A stretch of DNA of 64,000 nucleotides from the NCBI GenBank assembly GCA_965226545.1, contig OZ245364.1, forward strand, positions 171,499-235,498, given 5' to 3'. Below, one piece after another: positions 41,955-52,861 of the stretch. The DNA is from Candidatus Poriferihabitaceae bacterium. GTDB taxonomy: Bacteria; Pseudomonadota; Gammaproteobacteria; Arenicellales; Poriferihabitantaceae. Below the pieces are notes generated by a model, which was given only the letters and a program-made list of their open reading frames with translations, ran no database searches and was not told the origin of the DNA. Numbering within the stretch: position 1 is the stretch's first letter; every line of letters starts with the position of its first letter. A program made the position numbers and the translations under genes.

Positions 41955-43460
41955 CTACCGCGCAAACCAATCATCCACCGCACCACGCACCGAAAACGCC
42001 GAGTCGATATCAAAGGAAAAAGTTTTATGACGATATTCACCGTCCGCGTCTTGGCGGTATTTCTGCAGGTAATCGGCTTTGTGGTCGCGGATGTGTTGGA
42101 CGGCTTTGATTAGGGCGTCTACATCGGCGGCGGTGGAATATACGCCGAAACTGGCGCGCACCATTCCGCGATGAAGTTCGGCGAGGGCTTCCAATTCCTT
42201 GTTGGATAAATCGCCCATTTGTTCGCCGAGGTCGGTGGAGATCATTTCGCGTACATACGGATGCGCGCAAAAGCAGGCGTTGCGTACGGCGATGTTGAAA
42301 TAATCGTTTAATACGGCGGCGACGAAGGAATGATGCAGCCCGCGTAAGTTAAACGACACGGCGCCGACGCGCGGGAATTTTTTGGTGTCAACGGCGGCGT
42401 AGACGACGACATCGTCGATGGCGTTAAGGCGCGCGACGGCGTCGTTTAATAGCGCGGCTTCTTCGGCGGCGATGATGGGCATGCCGATTTGGGTTAGTGC
42501 ATACGCCACCGCTGCCATGTGAATTGCGCCGGCGATGTTGGGGGTGCCGGCTTCGAAACGGTCGGGGAATTTTTCGGTGGTGAAGTGGCGGTCCAAATAA
42601 ACATCATCGACCATGCCGCCGCCGGCATCGAACGGTTCGGCGTCGGCGAAAAGGTCTGTGCGCGTAATCACCGCGCCGGGTGCGCCGGGGGCGTAGAGTT
42701 TATGGCCGGATAAACACACAATATCCAAATCGCGCGCCGGGTTGGCGTGTCCGCTCATTTGTATTGGCGCATGCGCGGCCAGTTGCGCGGCATCGACCAA
42801 AATCGCCGCGCCATAACGATGCGCCAATTCGGCGATGTCGTAAATCGGATTCATCAAACCGGTGACATTGGATGCGCCGGTGACGGCGACATAGTTTACG
42901 CGTTCGCCGTATTCATTTATGGCGCGCGCCATGCGCTCGACATCGACGCAGCCCAAACCGAATTCGCCGGTGACCACCGGGATATGCACCACGTTTTCGA
43001 AATGCATTCGATGCGGCAAGTCGTTCGAATGATGTTCCATTATCGTGGTGATGACGACATCGCGCGTCGGGCGTTTTTGCGCCAAGCCGCGCGCCGCGCA
43101 ATTGAGCCCGGCGGTGGCGCCGCTGCCGACAAAAAAGCAACCGTGCGTTTCCGCATCCGCGCCGACAAAATCGCGCAACATCGCATGCGCCCAAGCGTAT
43201 TCGCGCGTGGTCAATTGCGCGGCAAAATGCACGGTGGTGTGCGGGTTGGCGTAATGCGGCAGATATTCATCCAACACCGCCCGCCCGAATCGCAACGCCA
43301 AAGTGGTTGCGGTGCTGTCCAAATAAACCCGCCGCGCGGTTTTGCCGTTCGCCAATCGATAACAAACCGCATCGCCAACGGCGGCGCGCAGTTTGTGCAG
43401 CATTTGTTTGCGGCGGGTGGGGTTGTCGATTTTCACTTGGGGGCGCGGGTTAACTTGCAC
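41955..43460 (-). CDS. PLP-dependent aminotransferase class V (cysteine desulfurase-like)
   Basis: YLDSTATT, MEHHSNDLP, ASNVTG, DAAQ, SGHKLYAP, EAGTPNI, CFCAHPY; start uncertain. Confidence 0.85.
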   Translation of the reverse strand: MQVNPRPQVKIDNPTRRKQMLHKLRAAVGDAVCYRLANGKTARRVYLDSTATTLALRFGRAVLDEYLPHYANPHTTVHFAAQLTTREYAWAHAMLRDFVGADAETHGCFFVGSGATAGLNCAARGLAQKRPTRDVVITTIMEHHSNDLPHRMHFENVVHIPVVTGEFGLGCVDVERMARAINEYGERVNYVAVTGASNVTGLMNPIYDIAELAHRYGAAILVDAAQLAAHAPIQMSGHANPARDLDIVCLSGHKLYAPGAPGAVITRTDLFADAEPFDAGGGMVDDVYLDRHFTTEKFPDRFEAGTPNIAGAIHMAAVAYALTQIGMPIIAAEEAALLNDAVARLNAIDDVVVYAAVDTKKFPRVGAVSFNLRGLHHSFVAAVLNDYFNIAVRNACFCAHPYVREMISTDLGEQMGDLSNKELEALAELHRGMVRASFGVYSTAADVDALIKAVQHIRDHKADYLQKYRQDADGEYRHKTFSFDIDSAFSVRGAVDDWFAR

Positions 43461-43857
43461 TTGTTAAACGGTCGCCGACAAGTGCGACATTGCATTGATG
43501 TTGCATAGGCATTGCATCATTGTCGTTTACAGTTGCAACGATTGCGGCATTGGTCGAGTGTTAACATCGACAAGGTCGACATCGAAAGTTAACATCAAAA
43601 GTTAACATCGATATGTAACATCGAGATGCAACATCGATGCGGCACAAGGATATGCATTGTACGCCGAATAATTTGCCGCGCCGATATGCGCCGACAGTGT
43701 GCGCATAATGCGCATACCGCGCATGCAAGCGCATCATAAGTGCATAAATGAATGCATAATGAATGCATCATAATAAATGCATACCAATGCACACAGGTGC
43801 ATATAATGGACACCCCGCCAACCGTGCGCGGCAACGACAACAGCAATCACCAACGGC

Positions 43858-45273
43858 ATGCAAAACTACGACCTCATCGTCATCGGCTCCGGCCCGGCCG
43901 GCAAAACCGCCGCGATTCAAGCCACCAAGTTGGGGCGCAAGGTGGCGGTGGTGGATGGCATGGCCGAGGTTGGCGGGGTGTGTGTGCATACCGGGACGAT
44001 ACCGAGCAAGACGATGCGCGAGACTGTGCTTAATCTCACAGGGTTTCGCGAGCGCGGGTTTTATGGGCGGTCGTATCGGGTGAAGCAGGACATTACCGCG
44101 GCGGATTTAATGCAGCGGTTGAACATGACCTTAAAGCGCGAAGTGGATATTTTGGAGGATCAACTGGTGCGCAACGGCGTCGATATCACCTGCGGACACG
44201 GGCGGTTTATCGATGCGCATTGCATCGAAGTCGAAGCGGCCGGCGGCGAGCGCACACCGTTGCGCGCCGAGCGGTTTGTCATCACCGTCGGCACGCGCAC
44301 CTATCGCCCGGAGTATGTGCCGTTCAACGGCGCGACGGTGATTGACAGCGATGAAGTAACCAAGATGCCGCGATTGCCGCGTTCGCTCACCGTCATCGGC
44401 GCGGGCGTGGTGGGCGTCGAGTACGCGACTATTTTTCAGGCGTTGGACATTAATGTAACGCTGATTGAGCCGCGCGAGACGATGTTGGATTTTATCGATA
44501 AGGAAATCCTGATGCATTTTCGTCACGACATTGTCGATGCCGGCTTGCGGCTGCAGTTTGGACAAAAAGTTAAATCGATTACCGCGCGGCGCAACGACAC
44601 TTGCGTTGTGCGATTGGAAAGCGGGCGGGCGTTTGCATCGGAGATGGTGTTGTTTGCGGCCGGGCGCATCGGCGCGACTGATTCGTTGGGGTTGGAAAAT
44701 TGCGGATTGGAAGTCGACCATCGCGGGCGATTGACGGTCAATGAGAATTTTCAAACCACTGTGCCGCATATTTACGCCGCCGGCGATGTTATCGGCTTCC
44801 CGAGTTTGGCCTCCACTTCGCTCGAACAAGGGCGCATCGCGGCCTTGCATGCTTTGGGCGAACGCGTGCATAAACAGCCGGCGTTTTTTCCGTACGGCAT
44901 TTACGCGGTGCCGGAGATGTCCATGGTCGGCATGACCGAAGAGGAAGTGATTGCGCGCAAAATTCCATATGAGGTTGGCGTTACGCCGTTGCGCGAAACT
45001 TCGCGCGGCAAGGTGATGGGGCTGGGCTCGGGCGTGGTCAAGGCGATTTTCTCGACCAAATCGCGGCGGCTGCTCGGCGTGCATATCGTCGGCGAAGGCG
45101 CAACCGAATTGATTCACATCGGTCAAGCGGTGCTGACGTTGAAAGGCACCTTGGATTATTTTTTGGAGAATGCGTTTAATTATCCGACGCTGGCCGAAGC
45201 CTACAAAGTCGCGGCGTTGTATGCGCATAATCGAATCGTTGCGTTAAATAACGGGCGTGATTCGGATTCTTAA
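43858..45273 (+). CDS. sthA: Soluble pyridine nucleotide transhydrogenase
   Basis: IGSGPAG, GGVCVHTGTIPSKT (single Cys), GDVIGFPSLASTS, ATELIHIGQ, FNYPTLAEAYKVAA. Confidence 0.93.
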   Translation: MQNYDLIVIGSGPAGKTAAIQATKLGRKVAVVDGMAEVGGVCVHTGTIPSKTMRETVLNLTGFRERGFYGRSYRVKQDITAADLMQRLNMTLKREVDILEDQLVRNGVDITCGHGRFIDAHCIEVEAAGGERTPLRAERFVITVGTRTYRPEYVPFNGATVIDSDEVTKMPRLPRSLTVIGAGVVGVEYATIFQALDINVTLIEPRETMLDFIDKEILMHFRHDIVDAGLRLQFGQKVKSITARRNDTCVVRLESGRAFASEMVLFAAGRIGATDSLGLENCGLEVDHRGRLTVNENFQTTVPHIYAAGDVIGFPSLASTSLEQGRIAALHALGERVHKQPAFFPYGIYAVPEMSMVGMTEEEVIARKIPYEVGVTPLRETSRGKVMGLGSGVVKAIFSTKSRRLLGVHIVGEGATELIHIGQAVLTLKGTLDYFLENAFNYPTLAEAYKVAALYAHNRIVALNNGRDSDS

Positions 45274-45416
45274 GTGATGGTCTTAAGTGACGGTGCGGGT
45301 TATGTCGATGTCGGCATTGTCGGCGGCGTCACGGTCATCGTACGGTCACCGTCGCATTAATCAATAACAGTGACTCATTAATTAAAGCGTGTCGTAAATT
45401 AAAAACCAAACCAAAA

Positions 45417-45443
45417 TTGCGGCACGATAAAACCGTGTCGCAA
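45417..45443. terminator. Hairpin between convergent sthA and qor
   Basis: TTGCGGCACG-ATAAAAC-CGTGTCGCAA inverted repeat. Confidence 0.5.
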
Positions 45444-45457
45444 GTTACCGCGAATGG

Positions 45458-46432
45458 TTACGGCAACAACACCGTCGCGCCGGTGGTGCGTCTTTCTTCC
45501 AATGATCGATGCGCTTCGGCCGCGTCTTCGAGAGCGAAGGTTTGATTGATATGCACTTGCACCGCGCCGGAAAGCACTGCATCGAACAATTCATTGGCGC
45601 GGAAAATTAATTCCTCGCGCGTGGCGGTGTAGTGAAACAAACTTGGGCGGGTGACAAACAGCCCGCCTTTGGCGTTGAGCGCGCCGATGTCGAACGGCGC
45701 AACCGCGCCGGAGGATTGCCCGAAGGTCACCATCATTCCGCGCGGCTTGATGCAATCCAGCGATTTCATAAAGGTGTCCTTGCCGACTGAATCATAAACT
45801 GCGGCGACGCCGTTGCCGGCGGTGAGTTCGCGCACCTGCGCAACCCAATCGTCGCGCGAATAATCGACGACATGCGTGCAACCGTTGGCGCGCGCCAATT
45901 CGGCTTTGGCTGCGCCGCCAACCGCGCCGATGACCGTCGCGCCGAGATGATGCGCCCATTGACACACCATCAAGCCGACGCCACCGGCCGCGGCATGCAC
46001 CAAAATCGCGTCGCCGGCTTGCAGATGATACGCGCCGCGCAATAAATAATGCGCGGTCATTCCCTTCAACATAATCGCCGCGGCGGTGTTGTCGTCGAGC
46101 GCATCCGGCAATTTGACGACGCGCGCGGCTTTCATGTTGCGCGCTTCACTGTACGCGCCAATCGGCGGCGATGCATAAGCGACGCGGTCGCCGACGGCAA
46201 AGCCATCCACTTGCGCGCCGATTTTTTCAACGATGCCGGCGCCTTCCAAGCCGGGCGTAAACGGCAATTGCCCGGCGTCGTACAGCCCGGTGCGAAAATA
46301 AACATCGATAAAATTTAAGCCAATCGCGCGATGGCGCAGTTGTATTTCATCGTCTGCCGGTGCGGCGAGCTTGCAATCGCTCCATTGCAATTGCGATGCG
46401 TCGCCGGTTTTTTTGATGATGATATGTTTCAT
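45458..46432 (-). CDS. qor: NADPH:quinone oxidoreductase (zeta-crystallin family)
   Basis: GLNFIDVYFRTGLY, LKGMTAHYL, HAAAGGVG, YDSVGKDT, FGQSSG, TTGATVL. Confidence 0.9.
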   Translation of the reverse strand: MKHIIIKKTGDASQLQWSDCKLAAPADDEIQLRHRAIGLNFIDVYFRTGLYDAGQLPFTPGLEGAGIVEKIGAQVDGFAVGDRVAYASPPIGAYSEARNMKAARVVKLPDALDDNTAAAIMLKGMTAHYLLRGAYHLQAGDAILVHAAAGGVGLMVCQWAHHLGATVIGAVGGAAKAELARANGCTHVVDYSRDDWVAQVRELTAGNGVAAVYDSVGKDTFMKSLDCIKPRGMMVTFGQSSGAVAPFDIGALNAKGGLFVTRPSLFHYTATREELIFRANELFDAVLSGAVQVHINQTFALEDAAEAHRSLEERRTTGATVLLP

Positions 46433-46619
46433 TGGATTCGATTGGGTTAAGTGCGCATGCGTTAAGTGCGCGCGCGGTTAATGTGATGGTTGGCACAGTT
46501 AATGTTAAGTGCGATTTTGTAGGTTAAGCAAAATAAATTACTTGCAACCAAAATGCAACTTAACTTAATCCAAATAACTTGATGCAAATAACTTAATGCA
46601 AATTAACTTAATTCATTTA

Positions 46620-47591
46620 TTAATGCACGGCGCGCAAAGCATCGCGCAATGATGTTAAATCAAACTGTTGCAACAATTCGCGCGCGCTGAGCGCATCGCC
46701 GAATTGCCAGCCGAGCGAATGCGCCAACTGCGCGATGATTTGCGGCGCGGTTTGTCCGGCGTCGCGCAAGGCATCCAGCGAAGTTTCGCGCGCGCGTTTG
46801 GCAAGCCGTTGCCCGGCGGCGTCGCACAACAGCGGCACATGCCAATAGGTTGGCGTCGGCAAGTGTAATGCGCGTTGCAATGCAAGTTGCGCCGCCGTCG
46901 ATTCGATTAAATCGGCGCCGCGCACGATGCAAGTTACGCCCATCTGCGCGTCGTCGACAACATTGGCGAGATGATAGGCGAATACGCCGTCGGCGCGGCG
47001 CACGACAAAATCGCCGAGTGTGCGCGCCGCCCGGCAATGTTGCGCGCCGAGCAGTTCATCGACAAAATGCAGTTCATCCTCGGCATCGATGCGATAGCGC
47101 CAGGCCGGCGCGCGGCTTGGGTTGCGCGGTGCGGCGTTGCGGCAGGTGCCGGGATAAATGCGCGCGCGCGCATGCGGGGCGTTGACGGCGTCTGCGATGT
47201 CTTTGCGCGAACAATAACAGGCGAATAATGCGCCGCGTTGTTGCAATTGGGCGAAGGCGTTTTCGTATTGCGCGGTGCGCGTCGATTGCAAGTGTACTTT
47301 AGACGCATTCGATTCATTCGATGCATCGGAAGTGTCGAGTGCATCGAATGCATTGTCGGGCGCGGCATCCCAATCCAAGCCGAGCCAAGTTAAGTCATCG
47401 ACGATGGCGCGGATGTATTGCGGGCGGGCGCGGCTTGCATCCAAATCATCGATGCGCAATAGAAATCGTCCGTTTGCCAATCGCGCCTGCATCCACGCCA
47501 ATAAAGCGGTGCGCAAATTGCCGAGATGCAACCGTCCGCTGGGGCTGGGGGCGTAACGTCCGCAGGCGGGGGATGAATCGTTTTCGGGCAT
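46620..47591 (-). CDS. gluQ: Glutamyl-Q tRNA(Asp) synthetase
   Basis: RYAPSPSGRLHLGN, LRIDDLD, CYCSRK, YPGTCR, RGADL, RLAKR; no anticodon-binding domain. Confidence 0.9.
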   Translation of the reverse strand: MPENDSSPACGRYAPSPSGRLHLGNLRTALLAWMQARLANGRFLLRIDDLDASRARPQYIRAIVDDLTWLGLDWDAAPDNAFDALDTSDASNESNASKVHLQSTRTAQYENAFAQLQQRGALFACYCSRKDIADAVNAPHARARIYPGTCRNAAPRNPSRAPAWRYRIDAEDELHFVDELLGAQHCRAARTLGDFVVRRADGVFAYHLANVVDDAQMGVTCIVRGADLIESTAAQLALQRALHLPTPTYWHVPLLCDAAGQRLAKRARETSLDALRDAGQTAPQIIAQLAHSLGWQFGDALSARELLQQFDLTSLRDALRAVH

Positions 47592-47803
47592 TGGGTGGCG
47601 GTTCGAAGTTCGAAGTGCGTTCGAAGTGCAATGCGAAATCAAAATGCGAAGTGCATAAGTGCAAGTGCAATTATGCAATGCAACTTATTAAGTGCAATTG
47701 CATAGTGCAAATTACAAAGTGCAATTACGAATTAAGAATTAAAAATTATGAATTACAAATGACAAATCACAGATGACAAGTTACGAATTAAAAATCACAA
47801 CCA

Positions 47804-49050
47804 TTAAATCGCATCCGCGTCTCGCAAGGCGGCGATTTGTTCGGGGGAATAGGACAGCACTTCGCGCAGCACTTCTTCATTGTGTTCGCCGAGCAGTGGC
47901 GCGCGGGTTACTTGTACATCGAATTCGGAGAATTTAATCGGGCAGCCGACCGATAAATATTTGCCGCGTTGCGGATGGTCAACCTCGACCACCGTGCCGC
48001 TTTTGCGCAATGACGGATCCTCGGCGAGTTCCTTCATCGATAAAATCGGCCCAGCCGGAATGTTGAGCGGCGTGCAAGCCGCCATCACTTCGAATTTGGT
48101 GCGGCGCATCGTCCATTGTTCAATCGCGGCGAAATCTCATTCAATCGCGGCAGGCGCGATTCGGGCGTGGCGTAATCGGCGTGGGTTTTCCAATCGGGTT
48201 GACCGATTAAATCGCAGATGTTGCCCCACACCGCCGCTTGGGTGATGAAATAGGTGTAGGCGTTTGGGTCGGTTTGCCAGCCTTTGCATTTTAGGATTCG
48301 CCCCGGTTGTCCGCCGCCGGAATCATTGCCGGCGCGCGGCGTGGCATCGCCGAAGGCGACGCCGTCGATATGTTGGGTGTATTCGCGCAACGGGCCATGT
48401 GCCAATCGTTGTTGGTCGCGCAGTTTCACGCGGCATAAATTCAACACGCCATCTTGCATCGGCGCGAAAACGCGCTGCCCGCGCCCGCTGCGTTCGCGTT
48501 GATATAACGCCGCGACGATGCCGAGCGCAAGATGCAGGCCGGTGCCGGAGTCGCCGATTTGCGCGCCGGTGATGAGCGGCACATCGTCTATAAACCCGGT
48601 GGTCGAAGCCGAGCCGCCGACGCATTGGGCGACGTTTTCATACACCTTGCATTGTTCATACGGACCCTCGCCGAAACCCTTTATCGACGCCAAAATCATT
48701 TTTGGATTGAGTTGCTGAATCCGCGCCCAACCGAAGCCCATGCGCGTCAACGCCCCGGGCGCAAAATTTTCGACCAACACATCGCATTGTTGCATCAACT
48801 CTTCGAGCGTCGCCTTGCCGGCGGCGGATTTGGCATCGATGGCCAGCGAACGTTTGTTGTGGTTGAGCATCGTGAAATAAAGCGAATCGGCGTCTGCGAT
48901 GTCGTTGAGTTGATTGCGGGTTGCATCGCCGCCTTGCCGACGTTCGATTTTGATGACATCCGCGCCCATCCAGGCGAGCAGTTGGGTGCAGGTGGGGCCG
49001 GATTGCACATGGGTGAAATCGAGAATGCGGATGTTGTCGAGGGCTTTCAT
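47804..49050 (-). pseudogene. frc: Formyl-CoA transferase split by a 1-bp frameshift (or sequencing error)
   Basis: [44 protein letters not shown]. At ~48132, GAGATTTCGCC lacks one T relative to [10 protein letters not shown], and the C-terminus continues in ORF 47804..48109. Confidence 0.88.
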
Positions 49051-49482
49051 TGCGGGCGCGTGACGGCGATGGGTGAAGTGGAAGGTGAAGCGAAAGTATA
49101 AGAAGTGCAAATCCCAATGGTTGCACGGTCGATGAGGCGGCGACAGTAACAGTGACGTATACAGTAACGAGTGACGGTGCGTATACAGTGACAAAGCGGC
49201 ATTTTTAATGACATCCGCGCGATCGCGGGCCATTCGGTTGCGGCATTCCCCGATAAAACCCCCGGCGCGCGAAACGGCTTAACGCATTTGCGGCACCGGG
49301 GTTCCGTTGATGTTTATTTTTATGCGATGCAAAATAGCGGTTTTGCGCGCGTTTGTAAAGCCCCCGAAGCGGTCAAACGAATTGAGGTCAATCGATGTCA
49401 ATCGAGGTGAAACGATGTCAATGGCGGCAAAACACCGCCGATTCGCGCCTGCACTTCACCGATTCGCCGCTACAATCCGCCG

Positions 49483-50682
49483 ATGAAAATCATCGAACTC
49501 AAAACCTGGGTGGTTGCCAATCCGCCGCCGCATTTTGGCGGGCGGTATTTTATCTTCGTCAAACTCATCGCCGACAACGGGCTCGAGGGCGTTGGCGAAG
49601 TGTATGCCGCCACCTTCGCCCCGAATGTCGTGGTGCGGATGATTGAGGATGTGTTTGCGCGGCATATCGTCGACGCCAATCCGTTCGATATCGAGAAATT
49701 ATGGCGGCGCGTTTATGGCAGCGGCTACACCTTGCGCCCGGATGTGTCGCTGGTTGGCGTGCTCAGCGGCATCGAAATCGCCTGTTGGGATTTAATCGGC
49801 AAGGCGGTGGATAAGCCGGTGCATGCGTTGCTCGGCGGTTGCGTGCGCGACAAACTTCGAAGTTACACCTATCTTTATCCGTCCGCCGATGCAATCGCGG
49901 CGGGTAATGAGGATGTTTACACCGATGCCGATGTCGCCGCCGCGCGCGCGGTGGAATATGTCGCGCAGGGGTTTACCGCGCTTAAGTTCGACCCGGCGGG
50001 CGCGTATTCGGTGTATGACGGTCGTCAGCCGACGATGCAAGTGTTAAATCGCGCCGCGCAATTTATGCGCACCTTGCGCGAGGCGGTTGGCAATCGCGCC
50101 GATTTATTATTCGGCACGCATGGGCAATTCACCGCGTCCGGCGCGATTCGTTTGGCGCAATGCATCGAGCCGTATCAGCCGTTATGGTTGGAGGAGCCGA
50201 CGCCGCCGGAAAATCCGCGCGCAATGGCGCAAGTCGCCGCGCGCACCGGCGTGCCGATTGCCTGCGGTGAACGATTGACCACCAAATACGAATTCGCGCG
50301 GGTGTTGGAAATGCAGGCGGCGTCCATTTTGCAGCCGGCATTGGGGCGGGTTGGCGGCATTCTCGAAGGCAAAAAAATCGCCGCCATCGCCGAAACGCAT
50401 TACGCGCAAATCGCCCCGCATTTGTATTGCGGCCCGATTGAAGGCGCCGCCAACATACAATTGGCGGCCTGCATACCGAATTTTTTAATTTTGGAAAGCA
50501 TCGAAACTTGGGGCGGTTTTCACGCCGAGATATTGAAGCAGCCGGTGCAGTGGCAGGATGGTTATGTAATGGTGCCGCAAACGCCGGGCTTGGGCGTCGA
50601 GTTAAATGAATCGGTCGCGGATGCCAATCCGTATACCGACAATCGGTTGCATTTGGAAATGAGCGACGACGCGTATTTATAG
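49483..50682 (+). CDS. Mandelate racemase/muconate lactonizing enzyme family (DgoD-like)
   Basis: GIEIACWDLIGK, KFD, WLEEP, GERL, HLYCGP, PGLGVEL. Confidence 0.88.
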   Translation: MKIIELKTWVVANPPPHFGGRYFIFVKLIADNGLEGVGEVYAATFAPNVVVRMIEDVFARHIVDANPFDIEKLWRRVYGSGYTLRPDVSLVGVLSGIEIACWDLIGKAVDKPVHALLGGCVRDKLRSYTYLYPSADAIAAGNEDVYTDADVAAARAVEYVAQGFTALKFDPAGAYSVYDGRQPTMQVLNRAAQFMRTLREAVGNRADLLFGTHGQFTASGAIRLAQCIEPYQPLWLEEPTPPENPRAMAQVAARTGVPIACGERLTTKYEFARVLEMQAASILQPALGRVGGILEGKKIAAIAETHYAQIAPHLYCGPIEGAANIQLAACIPNFLILESIETWGGFHAEILKQPVQWQDGYVMVPQTPGLGVELNESVADANPYTDNRLHLEMSDDAYL

Positions 50683-50846
50683 TTCGTTCGATGGCGTCGA
50701 TAAACTTGCGCATTGACAAACTTAACTTGCATCGATAAACATCGATAAACATTTACACTCGCGCGCCGCAAAGTGCGGTGTGTCGCAATCGAAACGCATC
50801 TCGAAACGTTAATCGTCAACTCAACCCCAACCTCACCATTCCCAAA

Positions 50847-51836
50847 ATGCACTCCACCAAACTGAAAATCGGTTTCATCGGGCTGGGCAATGTCGGCGGC
50901 AAATTGGCAGGCAGCGTTTTGCGCAACGGCTTTGCGTTGACGGTGCGCGATTTGGATGAATCCATCGCCGCGCCGTTTATTAACGCCGGCGCAACTTGGG
51001 CTGCGTCGCCGAAGGCAATGGCGCAAGATGTCGATGTGGTGATTACCTGCCTGCCGACGCCGGCTGCCAGTGCGGCGGTGATGGAGGGCGAGGACGGCGT
51101 ATTGGCGGGAGTTGCGCAAGGCGCGGATAAAGTGTGGATGGAGATGAGCACGACAGACGAAGCCGAAGTGCGGCGGTTGGGCGCGCAAGTGCAGGCGCGC
51201 GGCGGTTGTGCGTTGGATGCGCCGGTGTCCGGCGGTTGTCATCGCGCCGCGACCGGCAACATTTCGATTTTTGTCGGCGGTGCGCGCGCGGCGTTCGAGC
51301 GGGTGTTGCCGGTGTTGACCGCAATGGGGCGGCGGATTTTGCATACCGGCGGGTTGGGTTCGGCCTCGGTGCTGAAAGTCGTCACCAATTATTTGGCGAC
51401 CGCCAATTTGGTTTCATTATGCGAAGCGTTGGCGACTTCGAAAGCCGCCGGGATGGATTTAAATGTCGCGTATGAAGCGATTCGAATTTCGTCCGGCAAT
51501 TCCTTTGTGCATGAAACCGAAAGCCAAGTGATTTTAAACGGCAGCCGCGACATTAATTTCACGATGGATTTGGTGTGCAAAGACATCGGTTTGTTCGATG
51601 CCATCGCCAAACGCGCCGGCGTGTCGTTGGATGTTGCGCCGTTGTTGGTCGATATTTTTCAACAAGGGATGCATCGCTACGGCGCGCGCGAATGGTCGCC
51701 GAATATTGTCAAGCGATGGGAGAAACAATGCGGCGCGGTGCGCGCGCCGGGCTTTCCCGCGCAGATGGTGGATGATGAAGCGGAATCGCCGGGCGATGAA
51801 GTGCAGGTGGTTGCGCGGCAGGATGAGGTGAGTTAA
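50847..51836 (+). CDS. NAD(P)-dependent oxidoreductase, 3-hydroxyisobutyrate dehydrogenase family
   Basis: IGFIGLGNVGG, EMST, DAPVSGG, KVVTNYL. Confidence 0.88.
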   Translation: MHSTKLKIGFIGLGNVGGKLAGSVLRNGFALTVRDLDESIAAPFINAGATWAASPKAMAQDVDVVITCLPTPAASAAVMEGEDGVLAGVAQGADKVWMEMSTTDEAEVRRLGAQVQARGGCALDAPVSGGCHRAATGNISIFVGGARAAFERVLPVLTAMGRRILHTGGLGSASVLKVVTNYLATANLVSLCEALATSKAAGMDLNVAYEAIRISSGNSFVHETESQVILNGSRDINFTMDLVCKDIGLFDAIAKRAGVSLDVAPLLVDIFQQGMHRYGAREWSPNIVKRWEKQCGAVRAPGFPAQMVDDEAESPGDEVQVVARQDEVS

Positions 51837-51994
51837 CTTTAATGTGTAACGCGCGACGGTCAATCGCGCCTATTAAAGTGCGCGTAAAGTGCAACGGTCA
51901 ATTTCGTGTGTCGAAGTGCGCGTAAAGTTCGACAGTGAAACGCGACGGTAAAACGCTTTGGTAACACTTGACGGGTAAAACGAAGTCGACCGCA

Positions 51995-52501
51995 TCAATC
52001 GCGCCGCATCATCAACCAAATCGCCAACACCGCCAACACCGCCAGCCACGCCAAACTCCACGCCGGCATCGATAAATGCATCAATTGCCATTGCACTTCC
52101 GCGCATTCGCCCGAGCCGCGCAACACCAGCGCAATCGCCTTTTGCAACGGAAAGACATCGAGCAAGTATTCCAACCCCGGCCCGCATTCGGGCGTTTGTC
52201 CGGGCGGCAAGTTTTGCAGCCAAACATGTCGCGCCGCGACCGCCGCGCCGATGGCGGCGAAAACGGTTGCAAGCGCGGCGTATATCCGCCGCCCCCAGCC
52301 GCGCGGGTTATGCAATGCGCCGCACAGCATTAATGCGCCGATGGCGATGAAGGCGATGCGTTGGATGATGCATAGTGGACACGGCGCGAGTCCGGCGATG
52401 TGTTGAAAATAAAGCGCCGCGCCGATTAAGCCGGTGCACAGCAAAAATCCGCCGACAAAAATGGCGCGATGGCGGGTGCGGGCGCGATGGAAGGGAATCA
52501 T
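51995..52501 (-). CDS. dsbB: Disulfide bond formation protein B
   Basis: PCPLCIIQR, ARHVWLQ, CGPGL, GSGECAEV.W, SMPAWSL. Confidence 0.93.
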   Translation of the reverse strand: MIPFHRARTRHRAIFVGGFLLCTGLIGAALYFQHIAGLAPCPLCIIQRIAFIAIGALMLCGALHNPRGWGRRIYAALATVFAAIGAAVAARHVWLQNLPPGQTPECGPGLEYLLDVFPLQKAIALVLRGSGECAEVQWQLMHLSMPAWSLAWLAVLAVLAIWLMMRRD

Positions 52502-52861
52502 TCGGTTTGCGTTTTATGCGGCGTTGACGATGGTTGTGACGTAAGCGGGCGATTGGTTGGGCGCGACGCGCGTTCATCGTTGGCGGCGTTGGTCGGCGGG
52601 TTCATTTTATGTCGGTCAATCAGTTACCGCGCGCGGTCAATAAATGGTAAAACCGCAACTATTAAAACGCGAATCGTCAATCGTCAATCGCAACCGCGCC
52701 GCCATCCACTCGCCGTCACAATATAGCACCGCCTTAACCGATGCGACAACCCCGCCGTGCCGCTTGACACTGCGCGCATAGTTGTATATCTTTCGCGTTT
52801 GCGCGCAGGCGTTGGCTTGCGCTTGCCGTCCTCACACCCGTATAAGCGGAGGTCATTGAAA

